This document shows, piece after piece, positions 49,091-56,722 of a stretch of DNA of 64,000 nt; positions within the stretch are counted from its first letter, which is position 1, and every line of letters starts with the position of its first letter. The stretch is from Candidatus Doudnabacteria bacterium (lineage in GTDB: Bacteria > Patescibacteriota > Doudnabacteria > UBA920). The stretch covers positions 2,929-66,928 of the forward strand of contig PLYC01000007.1 of assembly GCA_003151625.1 (NCBI GenBank), read 5' to 3'. The position numbers and the translations under genes were made by a program. The notes beneath the pieces were generated by a model that was not told the DNA's origin, made no database searches, and saw only the letters and a list, made by a program, of their open reading frames with translations.

Positions 49091-49160
49091 TTTAGCTTTT
49101 GTTTCGCGGTTGATTGTTAACTGATTTTATTATAAATCTTTGTTAAACTGCAGTCAAATG

Positions 49161-49367
49161 TTATTTTGACGTACCAAAAAGCTTGTCCAACCCGGCGTTA
49201 TTTCCACAGTAATAAATATGTGAAGTTAAATTTACGCAGTATCCTGGATTTTTACTGACATAAGAATACTTGGGCAAAAACCAATAAAGAAAAAGAATAA
49301 CTATCGCAATAGCTATATAAATAACAATTTTCAGGACTTTGAGCATTTTTGGTGTCTTAGCATTCAA
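49161..49367 (-). CDS. Small membrane protein
   Basis: One TM segment and two Cys; start codon uncertain. Confidence 0.55.
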   Translation of the reverse strand: MNAKTPKMLKVLKIVIYIAIAIVILFLYWFLPKYSYVSKNPGYCVNLTSHIYYCGNNAGLDKLFGTSK

Positions 49368-49479
49368 TTCTACGTCTAAAGTCTACCATAGCTTGAAAAA
49401 AGCCTCAAGAATTGCTAAACTACTCCAAGTACTGTCTGGGTTGTCCTATTTTGATCCGGATAAGACCTAAGTAAGTTAT

Positions 49480-49553
49480 TGCCCGGTAGCCAAGCGGTAA
49501 GGCAGAGGACTCTGAATCCTCCATCGTAGGTTCGAATCCTACCCGGGCAGCCA
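49480..49553 (+). tRNA. tRNA-Gln(CTG)
   Basis: Acceptor TGCCCGG/CCGGGCA, discriminator G, encoded CCA; anticodon arm GAGGA-CTCTGAA-TCCTC; T arm GTAGG-TTCGAAT-CCTAC. Confidence 0.96.
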
Positions 49554-49560
49554 ACGTTTT

Positions 49561-49590
49561 TCACCAATGTTTATTGGTGATTTTTTGTTT
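49561..49590 (+). terminator. Hairpin plus T-tract after tRNA-Gln, repeated at the start of cassettes 2 and 3
   Basis: CACCAAT-GTTT-ATTGGTG followed by Ts; copies at about 51076 and 51791. Confidence 0.75.
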
Positions 49591-49684
49591 AAGATAATAT
49601 TATTTTTGTCTTGACTTTGTCAGATTGTTATCGTACTATGGCGGTACAGCGTAAGCTGTAATTCTCAAATATGCAAGAGGAAAT

Positions 49685-49873
49685 ATGAACGGATACGTTG
49701 CGTTTTTGATTTCGTGTTTGATTTGCGGGGTTGTGGCAGCCTGGATTGCCAAGCTCAAAGGCAGGGACCCGCTGACATGGTTTTTGATCGGTGTGGTCAT
49801 TAACATCGTGGCCGTCGGAATAATCCTCGGCTGCAAGAAGGCCATGCAAAAAACAGGTGCATACCATGGCTGA
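49685..49873 (+). CDS. Small two-TM protein (Gln cassette 1)
   Basis: GAGG RBS; IAK.KGR....WF..G pattern. Confidence 0.7.
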   Translation: MNGYVAFLISCLICGVVAAWIAKLKGRDPLTWFLIGVVINIVAVGIILGCKKAMQKTGAYHG

Positions 49874-50876
49874 CACAATCGACAAGCTGGAAGGGCTATT
49901 TGGCCCTATCGCAGACAGCATACGCCGGCTGCCGGCAGGGCTGAAATTCCTGGTTTACGGGGTTATCGTCCTGTACGTATTCATGCTCCTCTCAGAGATT
50001 CTGGGTGCGCATTGGATATACGGCGGCATCCTCACAGCGGTGCAGAATACCGCCGGCGTCACAAACACCTATTTGGCCAAAGCCTTAAGCTTTGCGCTAA
50101 CCATGATAACCTACTGGGTCGGACCGAAGGTTCTGAAGTACTGGCTTTTGTTCGACCGCAAGGGAGCGGCGATTTTTACCACCATGCTGTACTGCGGCTG
50201 GCTGGTGATTCTCTACTTCCTTTCTACCTCTGGGTCTAACTTCGTTCCCGCTACGGGGGAAGCTCGCAAGAACTACTACCGCGATGCCAATGGCAGAATT
50301 GAGTTGTTCCCTCGCGACTTCAAGTTTCACCCGACTCTGGGGGTTGAACTGCAGACGGTGACGCCTGAAGTAATGGCGGAATACGCGAAGGCTAACGGCC
50401 AGCTTCCGAACCAAAGTCCTGAAAAATTAGAGGTCTCCAGCCCACGGGAACGACAATACCAGTTCACGCCTTCTGTCCAATTTGTGAAGAGCAAATCTGG
50501 CTACTCAGATCACCTCTCTTTTTGGGTTGAAAGCATACGGGACAATGGCGAAGAATTTTTGGTCGGATTGGCTGTCAAATGTCCCGAAGGTGACAGTAGC
50601 TCTTCATGTTTGCTTTTCGATGGAACAGGATTCTCTTCCAATATAAAAAGCTACCTCACCACTCAAGATGGACGGGCTCTAGAAATTGAAAAGAATGCTG
50701 CCCACTTTAATCACTACAACCCACAAATGTCTAACAGCCTTTTTCGAACCATCTTGCCTGGTGAAACTTTCAGGTTTGATGCGATGTTCAAACCGTACCA
50801 GGACAACACCCAAACGCTTACCCTGCACTACCCAAGCTATGAGCCCATAACTCTGCAGTTAACCGGAGTGATGTAA
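49866..50876 (+). CDS. Membrane protein with a soluble C-terminal domain (Gln cassette 1)
   Basis: 3-4 TM segments then a beta-rich domain; GC-rich codon usage unlike the host genes. Confidence 0.75.
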   Translation: MADTIDKLEGLFGPIADSIRRLPAGLKFLVYGVIVLYVFMLLSEILGAHWIYGGILTAVQNTAGVTNTYLAKALSFALTMITYWVGPKVLKYWLLFDRKGAAIFTTMLYCGWLVILYFLSTSGSNFVPATGEARKNYYRDANGRIELFPRDFKFHPTLGVELQTVTPEVMAEYAKANGQLPNQSPEKLEVSSPRERQYQFTPSVQFVKSKSGYSDHLSFWVESIRDNGEEFLVGLAVKCPEGDSSSSCLLFDGTGFSSNIKSYLTTQDGRALEIEKNAAHFNHYNPQMSNSLFRTILPGETFRFDAMFKPYQDNTQTLTLHYPSYEPITLQLTGVM

Positions 50877-50936
50877 GGTGTGACGGCTCAACATCTTTGG
50901 TTTAATCGTCTGGCTGTTAATCCGCTGATACGCCTA

Positions 50937-51001
50937 AAGGTTCCGCACGTGGCCGATACCAAACGTGCACCGCCCCCGATACGGTATATTGTCGGGATTT
51001 T
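50937..51001 (+). repeat. Double-hairpin 3' element shared by Gln cassettes 1 and 3
   Basis: Near-identical to 52612-52677. Confidence 0.85.
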
Positions 51002-51032
51002 CTATTTTAAAATAAATTCAGGGTGCTTTATT

Positions 51033-51067
51033 ATTTCCGTTCGAACATCGTCCCACAAGGCCAGCCA
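51033..51067 (+). repeat. att-like site Q1
   Basis: ATTTCCGTTCGAACATCGTCCCACAAGGCCAGCCA. Confidence 0.9.
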
Positions 51068-51233
51068 ACGATTTTCACCAATGTCTATTGGTGTTTTTTG
51101 TTAGCCAAAAATTACTTTTGAACAAATTTATCATTGTTTTTTTATTAAGCCTGAACTATGGACAAGCGTTGACTTTTTTGATACAATATTTGGTCTCTTA
51201 GTTTCAAGCTAAGAGCAAGGAGGAAGTGCAGAA

Positions 51234-51665
51234 ATGCGCCTAACAGCACAAATCACAACGGAAAGCCTGGCTCGCTTCGTCGGTGGCGAAGCTGAAATTC
51301 AGAATCAGTTTGAGGATTATCTATTTCGCGCCGAAATCGCCGACATCAAGGTCGATCACGGCAGCTTGGTTATCAAGTTTGCCTGGTGCGCCAAGAATCG
51401 GGGCGGTCCATTCGGAGGAGAGAAAGGCCCGAGCCCCGACTGGGACAACGAGACCAACACGGATTACTCGGCCAGCCTGGAAATCTACAACCCTTCCGAC
51501 CTCGGGGATGGACGGATGACGTTCCAATCGCCCATCACGCACGAAACGGTCGTTCTGTTCCCGGCGGATGACAGCAAGATGAACCCGGAACGGATTCACG
51601 ATTTCCCCGAACACCTCAAGGATAAGCAGACGCAGAAGTGGCGCGAATGGGAAGCCAGCCGTTAG
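51234..51665 (+). CDS. Hypothetical protein (Gln cassette 2)
   Basis: AAGGAGG RBS, GC-rich, own terminator. Confidence 0.75.
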   Translation: MRLTAQITTESLARFVGGEAEIQNQFEDYLFRAEIADIKVDHGSLVIKFAWCAKNRGGPFGGEKGPSPDWDNETNTDYSASLEIYNPSDLGDGRMTFQSPITHETVVLFPADDSKMNPERIHDFPEHLKDKQTQKWREWEASR

Positions 51666-51747
51666 CCCGCGTTCATTTCGGCAGCATCACTTGGAGCGTT
51701 TGCCTCACCGGAGTATCGGTGGGGCAAACGCTTCTTCATTTTGTTTC

Positions 51748-51782
51748 ATTATTGTTCGAACATCGTCCCACAAGGCCAGCCA
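51748..51782 (+). repeat. att-like site Q2
   Basis: ATTATTGTTCGAACATCGTCCCACAAGGCCAGCCA. Confidence 0.9.
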
Positions 51783-51952
51783 ACGTTTTTCACCAATGTT
51801 TATTGGTGTTTTTTTGTAAGGCCATAAGTTATTTTTGAACAAATTTTTATTAAAAGTACCATGGACATAAGACAATATTTTTATTATACTAAAGGGTCTT
51901 TTAGGCAGGAATGGTTTGAAGCCTAGCCGAAGAGGACAGAGGAGAAACGACC

Positions 51953-52321
51953 ATGAAGAGGGTTGTTATCGTAAATGCCGGCGGCCGGATGAGCTCGTCT
52001 GCTGAAAAGAGTGATTACCAGCCTATGGTAGATTACCTGGTGCGGCACATCAGCGGGCTTACAAGTCCGAGCTGTGCAGGTGAGAAGGCCGCCACCGTCC
52101 AGGTTGTTACCTCCGTGGCGGAAGCCCGGGAGCTCATTTATCGGGCGGACGTGATGTTCTTCATGACTTTGGGATTGGTACAGGACGCCCGCAGGATGAA
52201 GGCGGCCAACCCAAACGTTAAGGTGATAGTCTTAACCGGACTGTTGCCGGAAAAAGAGGTTGTACTCGTCGACAAGGGCTGGCTATGCCCCGAGGTGGTG
52301 GAAAACTTGGTAACCGATTAG
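51953..52321 (+). CDS. Receiver-domain-like alpha/beta protein (Gln cassette 3)
   Basis: GAGGAG RBS; pattern RVVIV...SVAEA..L...DV.F...P.VKVIVLTG; canonical phospho-Asp not evident. Confidence 0.6.
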   Translation: MKRVVIVNAGGRMSSSAEKSDYQPMVDYLVRHISGLTSPSCAGEKAATVQVVTSVAEARELIYRADVMFFMTLGLVQDARRMKAANPNVKVIVLTGLLPEKEVVLVDKGWLCPEVVENLVTD

Positions 52322-52372
52322 GCCGAAGGAGGAAAAAGAAAAGCGCCAATCAAGCAAGTGAGGAGGTGAGCT

Positions 52373-52606
52373 ATGGTGTATTGCGACAGAAATTTCGAAG
52401 AACTGATTACGGAGATGGTAACGCACCCGGGTCGTTGTATGCGTATTACTGAGAACGAGATGAAAACGCTTTTGGGACACGGCGGACAGATTTTGTCAGT
52501 ACAAGAATCCAGAAACTCCTGCCCGGAGTCTTTCTGGGTGGAAGTCTGGATTCAGGACGGTTATTTTTTCGCGGATTGCAAAACCGATCCTCGCCCCAAG
52601 CCCTAA
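52373..52606 (+). CDS. Hypothetical protein (Gln cassette 3)
   Basis: GGAGGTG RBS; 77 aa. Confidence 0.65.
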   Translation: MVYCDRNFEELITEMVTHPGRCMRITENEMKTLLGHGGQILSVQESRNSCPESFWVEVWIQDGYFFADCKTDPRPKP

Positions 52607-52611
52607 CGCTC

Positions 52612-52677
52612 AAGGTTCCGCACGTGGCCGATACCCGAACGTGCACCGCCCCCGATACGGTATATTGTCGGGATTTT
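52612..52677 (+). repeat. Double-hairpin 3' element, copy 2
   Basis: Near-identical to 50937-51001. Confidence 0.85.
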
Positions 52678-52715
52678 GTTTTGTTTCAATTTCAAATATA
52701 AACCCTATTTTTGCC

Positions 52716-52750
52716 AATTCCGTTCCCACTTGGTAAAATAAGGCCAGCCA
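52716..52750 (+). repeat. att-like site Q3
   Basis: AATTCCGTTCCCACTTGGTAAAATAAGGCCAGCCA. Confidence 0.85.
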
Positions 52751-52784
52751 AGTATTTAAACCACCACAATCAAAAAACACAAAA

Positions 52785-54209
52785 ATGCCAGAAAAATTCC
52801 TGAACTCAAAATTTATATTTTCAAGTTTAGCTATATTACTAATTGCGGGCTACGGATTTTTATTATTTTACAAACTTGGCAGTCATCCCATTGTTGATTG
52901 GGACGAGGGAATATATGCCCAAGTAGCCAGACAGTCGTTTGAAAATCACACCATAGCAGATTTGTATTACTATGGCGCCATTAGTCCACAAAATCCAACC
53001 GGATTATGGTTTGAAAAGCCGCCTTTGATGATTTGGCTAATTGAGTTTTCCTACTTGATATTCGGGGTTACGGAATTCGCGGCTCGATTCTGGAGCGCAT
53101 TTTTTGCCCTGGGGATTGTGATATTAAGCTACTATTTTGCCGTTCGTCTGTTTAAATCGCGGGTAGTAGGGCTAATGACTTTGGCAACTTTTTATTTAGC
53201 CCACTTTTTTATTACGCAATCATGGTATTTAAAATTTGATATCCCTGTAACCTTTTTTATTTTATTGTCTTTTTTCGGCTTTGAGCGGGCTCGAAATAAT
53301 AAAAAGTTTTTTTTGCTGTTTTGGACAGCCGTTGGCTTGGGCGTTCTAACCAAAAGTGTTATTGGCCTGTTACCTTTGCCGATTATTGCTATATACGCCC
53401 TTATTCGCAAGGATAGCGGTTTTTTAAAGGAGCACTATTTTTATTACGGGGCTTTGCTTTGTTTAGCGATTATTTTGCCTTGGCACTTAATAGAAACTTT
53501 CCGTTACGGAACAAATTTTTGGAAAACATACTTTGGTTATCATATTTTGGAAAGATACGCAAAACCCTTAGAAGCACATAGCGGGTCTTTTTGGTATTAT
53601 GCTTTGCAAATGAAAGATAATTTGATTTTAGCCGGTTTGTCAGTAGTTGGTCTGGCTAATTTTTTATGGAGGGCAGTTTCAGATAAAAATAACGAAAGAG
53701 GTCATTTGCTTATTGCAATACAGGTAATTTTTATATTCTTATTTTTTAGCGTCGCGGGCACCAAGTTGGCGGGTTATATGTCGGTAATTTATCCATTTTT
53801 AATAATTATGGTTGCCAAGACAATTTATGATATTTTTTTCTTGAGCAAAAATAATTTATTTAGGGTAATAGGGCTATCTACCATTTCCTTATTATTCATC
53901 GTTTCCGCTTTTATATTTAACGCCAGCAAAATAAACGATAACGGCTATTTCAGTCATTATTACTATGAGAACAAAGCATTTATGCAGTTTGCTTTACAAA
54001 ATTACCCTAACTTAAATATTTTAGTTTATCATCGGGATTTGCCGGCTCTAATATTTTACGCTGACAAACGGGTCTATATTTGGTCGCCCGCGACAAAAAT
54101 ATCTCCCGGGGCGCTAATTTTTATTTCTCCGGAACAACCTCCATACTCAGACGCTAAACTAATAGCAAAAGGCCAGACCGCAAGTTTATATTTGGTTACA
54201 GTTCAATAA
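52785..54209 (+). CDS. ArnT/PMT-like GT-C glycosyltransferase (Gln cassette 4)
   Basis: DWDEGIYAQVAR, EKPPL, FGVTEFAARF.S, LTKS, PWH; many TM segments. Confidence 0.88.
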   Translation: MPEKFLNSKFIFSSLAILLIAGYGFLLFYKLGSHPIVDWDEGIYAQVARQSFENHTIADLYYYGAISPQNPTGLWFEKPPLMIWLIEFSYLIFGVTEFAARFWSAFFALGIVILSYYFAVRLFKSRVVGLMTLATFYLAHFFITQSWYLKFDIPVTFFILLSFFGFERARNNKKFFLLFWTAVGLGVLTKSVIGLLPLPIIAIYALIRKDSGFLKEHYFYYGALLCLAIILPWHLIETFRYGTNFWKTYFGYHILERYAKPLEAHSGSFWYYALQMKDNLILAGLSVVGLANFLWRAVSDKNNERGHLLIAIQVIFIFLFFSVAGTKLAGYMSVIYPFLIIMVAKTIYDIFFLSKNNLFRVIGLSTISLLFIVSAFIFNASKINDNGYFSHYYYENKAFMQFALQNYPNLNILVYHRDLPALIFYADKRVYIWSPATKISPGALIFISPEQPPYSDAKLIAKGQTASLYLVTVQ

Positions 54210-54243
54210 CGACTAAACAATAAATTGTTAGTATTCTTGGTTA

Positions 54244-54278
54244 ATTTCTGTTCCAACTTGGTCAAACAAGGCCAGCCA
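54244..54278 (+). repeat. att-like site Q4
   Basis: ATTTCTGTTCCAACTTGGTCAAACAAGGCCAGCCA. Confidence 0.88.
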
Positions 54279-54455
54279 ACTCAAATTTCGCTTTTAATTG
54301 AGCGATTTTTTGTATATCCACTTTCTCCCTTTTTGTTTGGTGCTTTTTGTTTGATAGCTAAATCTCAATTGACAATACCACGAAAAGCCGGTATTCTGTA
54401 TTGTTAATGTCAGCAACAAATTGAGCAGAAAAATTCCGTTCAACTTGCTGCCGAG

Positions 54456-54986
54456 ATGGCACGCCACTTGAGTCTAGGCTCAGTGAACCCGAGATGGGAG
54501 GAATGTATGTTTAGAAAAAGGAACAAAGGCATGGAGCATGAAAGCTCCCAAATGCTGGCGATAGATTTAACGAGAGAGGCGCTAAGGAACTACCTCGGAC
54601 TGTCATTGGATTGGTTACCTCATTGGCTCAGTTTCAACCTCAAGCTTGAACCCATTACCGAGGTAAGTTTGAGCGATGAAGAACAAAGGCATTTAGGCGT
54701 ACACACGTACCCAGAGTGCAAATACGTCTATGATGCGGAACGCACGATTCGCATTAAAGGCTGGATACTTGAGCCTCATATCGGCATAGGGGAGAATGAG
54801 GTCGCCTGCACCTGGGTCTTCCGCAGATACCCCCGGCTCATGCGCACTTGGTTGCCCTACAGCGCCGAATTGCGTATTGAGGGGAACTCATCCACGCCGG
54901 TAATTTGCAGCTTTACACTTAGGACTAAGACAGACAGAGGGATTAATTTCACGATCCCGGTCATGGGCCCGTTCACCCGAGTGTAA
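54456..54986 (+). CDS. Hypothetical protein (Gln cassette 5; start may be 54507)
   Basis: GGAGG before ATG 54507; TTGACA promoter-like site upstream; terminator at about 55018-55060. Confidence 0.6.
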   Translation: MARHLSLGSVNPRWEECMFRKRNKGMEHESSQMLAIDLTREALRNYLGLSLDWLPHWLSFNLKLEPITEVSLSDEEQRHLGVHTYPECKYVYDAERTIRIKGWILEPHIGIGENEVACTWVFRRYPRLMRTWLPYSAELRIEGNSSTPVICSFTLRTKTDRGINFTIPVMGPFTRV

Positions 54987-55082
54987 GGCAAACCAAAAAA
55001 GTCCTTAGGTAACAAAAGTCCCCCGTCTAGCCGAAGCTGTGACGGGGGCACTTTTATTTTAATTTAAACGGCTATTTTTGCT

Positions 55083-55117
55083 ATTTCAGTTCCAACTTGG
55101 TAAAATAAGGCCAGCCA
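55083..55117 (+). repeat. att-like site Q5
   Basis: ATTTCAGTTCCAACTTGGTAAAATAAGGCCAGCCA. Confidence 0.88.
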
Positions 55118-55305
55118 ATCACTTAAAACAAAATTTTTCGGGCTTTGATCCATTAAAGAATATTGCGAATTGAATTGATAGCATTGAACATTTTGATTTT
55201 CCCCGAGGCCAATGTTTCAACGAGTTAATAAATGGATGTATTAGTTAACAAAGTGAATCAAAACAAAAACCACCGTAAAGGTGGTTTTTTTTATTTATGT
55301 AAATA

Positions 55306-55713
55306 TTATGAACTAGCAACTTCTTCTCTCGCTGATTTGAGGTCTCTAAGTGCTTCTAGTTGCCTTATTTTTTCTCTAGACACCCCTATTTTAGTTTGCC
55401 AAAATTCAGAGTTCATGGTTTTAACTTGTACTTCCCACATTGTTGTAGCAGGCTCGCTTAACATTTTTTGATAACCCGCTTCCGCCTCTTGTAATTCCTG
55501 TTGTGCTTGTGTTAGTTCTTCGGGAGTATACTCTTTTACTTTTACAGCTTTAACTGCATTTTCCATACGTCTTTCCCTTATCCCGTCCGGGCTGTTTTTC
55601 CACTCCTGATGACTTCTTTCTTTGTCTCGAGTTTCTTTTGCCGTTGCTTTATCATCAAGTTTTTTTATCTCGCCTCCGATTGAGGGCATTTCTTCACGTT
55701 TAAATAAGCCCAT
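55306..55713 (-). CDS. Charged coiled-coil hypothetical protein (Gln cassette 6, inverted)
   Basis: 135-aa ORF; terminator AAAACCACC-GTAAA-GGTGGTTTT downstream. Confidence 0.7.
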   Translation of the reverse strand: MGLFKREEMPSIGGEIKKLDDKATAKETRDKERSHQEWKNSPDGIRERRMENAVKAVKVKEYTPEELTQAQQELQEAEAGYQKMLSEPATTMWEVQVKTMNSEFWQTKIGVSREKIRQLEALRDLKSAREEVASS

Positions 55714-55804
55714 ATATTTATGTTATTTTCTAATTAATTTTTCTATGCTAATATATTATAGCATAACTATGGGTAATAATCAAATTTGAGTAATTTTTTC
55801 AATT

Positions 55805-55839
55805 ATTTCCGTTCCAACTTGGTAAAATAAGGCTAGCTA
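55805..55839 (+). repeat. att-like site Q6 (degenerate core)
   Basis: ATTTCCGTTCCAACTTGGTAAAATAAGGCTAGCTA. Confidence 0.8.
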
Positions 55840-55915
55840 AAGAAAAATCGCCAGAAGGGCGGTTTTTTTATATAATGAATAAGTTGAGGTAATTTAACGG
55901 AAGTAATAACAGTTT

Positions 55916-56632
55916 ATGCCCAGAGAAACTAAATGCCAGGCTATCGTTTTAAAAAAGCAGCCTTTTAACGAGGGTGATGAAATTATTACTTTTTATTCCA
56001 GGGAGCTGGGGAAAATTCGCTGTTTGGCAAAATCCGTTAAATCGTCCAAATCCAAGCTTCAGCAAAAATTGCAGGGATTATTTTTGGTGAATTTAAGTTT
56101 TACCCAGGGGCGTTTGCCAAAAATTATTTCCGTTGAGCCGGTGAAGGTTTTTTCCGGAATGCGGGAAAATTTGGAAAATTTAAAGCGGGCTTTTTACGCG
56201 CAGGAGCTGGTGCTAAAATTTACCCCCGATGAGCAAAAAAACGAACCGCTGTTTGTTTTGCTGGAAAATTTTTTGGAATTTTTAAACGCGCAAACCACGG
56301 AAGAAATTTTAAATTTTGCCTTGGCAAAATTTAAGCTGGAGATTTTACAAACTTTGGGTTTGGGCGTGCATAATAACGCCAAAGCAGGGGACGGCAAAGA
56401 AATATTTTTTAGCCCAACGTTGGGTGGGTTTGGGAATGCGGTATCGTTCGATGGATTAAAAGTCAGCCCGGCGGTTTATGGGCTGTTTTTGGAATTGCCG
56501 CTGATTGAATTCGGAGAACTAAAAGAAGTTAAAAATATTGGTGGGGAAAAAGATTTGCAAAACCTTTTGTCCCAGTTTATTGAATATCAACTGGAAAGAA
56601 AGGTTAGGTCGGAAAAGTTTTTAAGACAATGA
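55916..56632 (+). CDS. recO: DNA repair protein RecO
   Basis: AIVLK...FNEGDEIIT.YSRELGKI..LAK.VK..KSKL; C-terminal S.KFL. Confidence 0.9.
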   Translation: MPRETKCQAIVLKKQPFNEGDEIITFYSRELGKIRCLAKSVKSSKSKLQQKLQGLFLVNLSFTQGRLPKIISVEPVKVFSGMRENLENLKRAFYAQELVLKFTPDEQKNEPLFVLLENFLEFLNAQTTEEILNFALAKFKLEILQTLGLGVHNNAKAGDGKEIFFSPTLGGFGNAVSFDGLKVSPAVYGLFLELPLIEFGELKEVKNIGGEKDLQNLLSQFIEYQLERKVRSEKFLRQ

Positions 56633-56635
56633 GCA

Positions 56636-56676
56636 AACAATGGGCACCATTGTGCCGCACAATGGTGCCCATTGTT
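56636..56676. repeat. 41-bp palindrome, copy 2
   Basis: AACAATGGGCACCATTGTGC-C-GCACAATGGTGCCCATTGTT; compensatory change relative to copy 1. Confidence 0.85.
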
Positions 56677-56722
56677 GAACCTCGGTTTGTGGTATAATTA
56701 TAGATAACTAACTAACATCAAT

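Larger units (their letters stand above)
49554..55839 (+). mobile_element. tRNA-Gln-anchored array of 6 gene cassettes (1514, 715, 968, 1528, 839 and 722 bp)
   Basis: Six 35-bp sites ending GGCCAGCCA (last one GGCTAGCTA), mimicking the tRNA end GGGCAGCCA. Confidence 0.8.

Noticed and set aside
50880-55471. Short + strand ORFs 50880-51104, 51638-51838, 54225-54407 and 55232-55471
   Set aside because: They run across terminators and att-like sites, or overlap a better ORF on the other strand, and have no RBS; probably spurious.
32621-55839. 35-bp direct repeats read as CRISPR arrays
   Set aside because: The intervening sequences are 0.35-1.5 kb and contain whole genes, the repeats end in tRNA 3' sequence, and no cas1 or effector genes are present.
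49554-55839. Classical integron with attC sites
   Set aside because: The sites are not long imperfect palindromes with RYYYAAC/GTTRRRY ends, there is no intI, several cassettes have their own promoter-like sites, and one is inverted.
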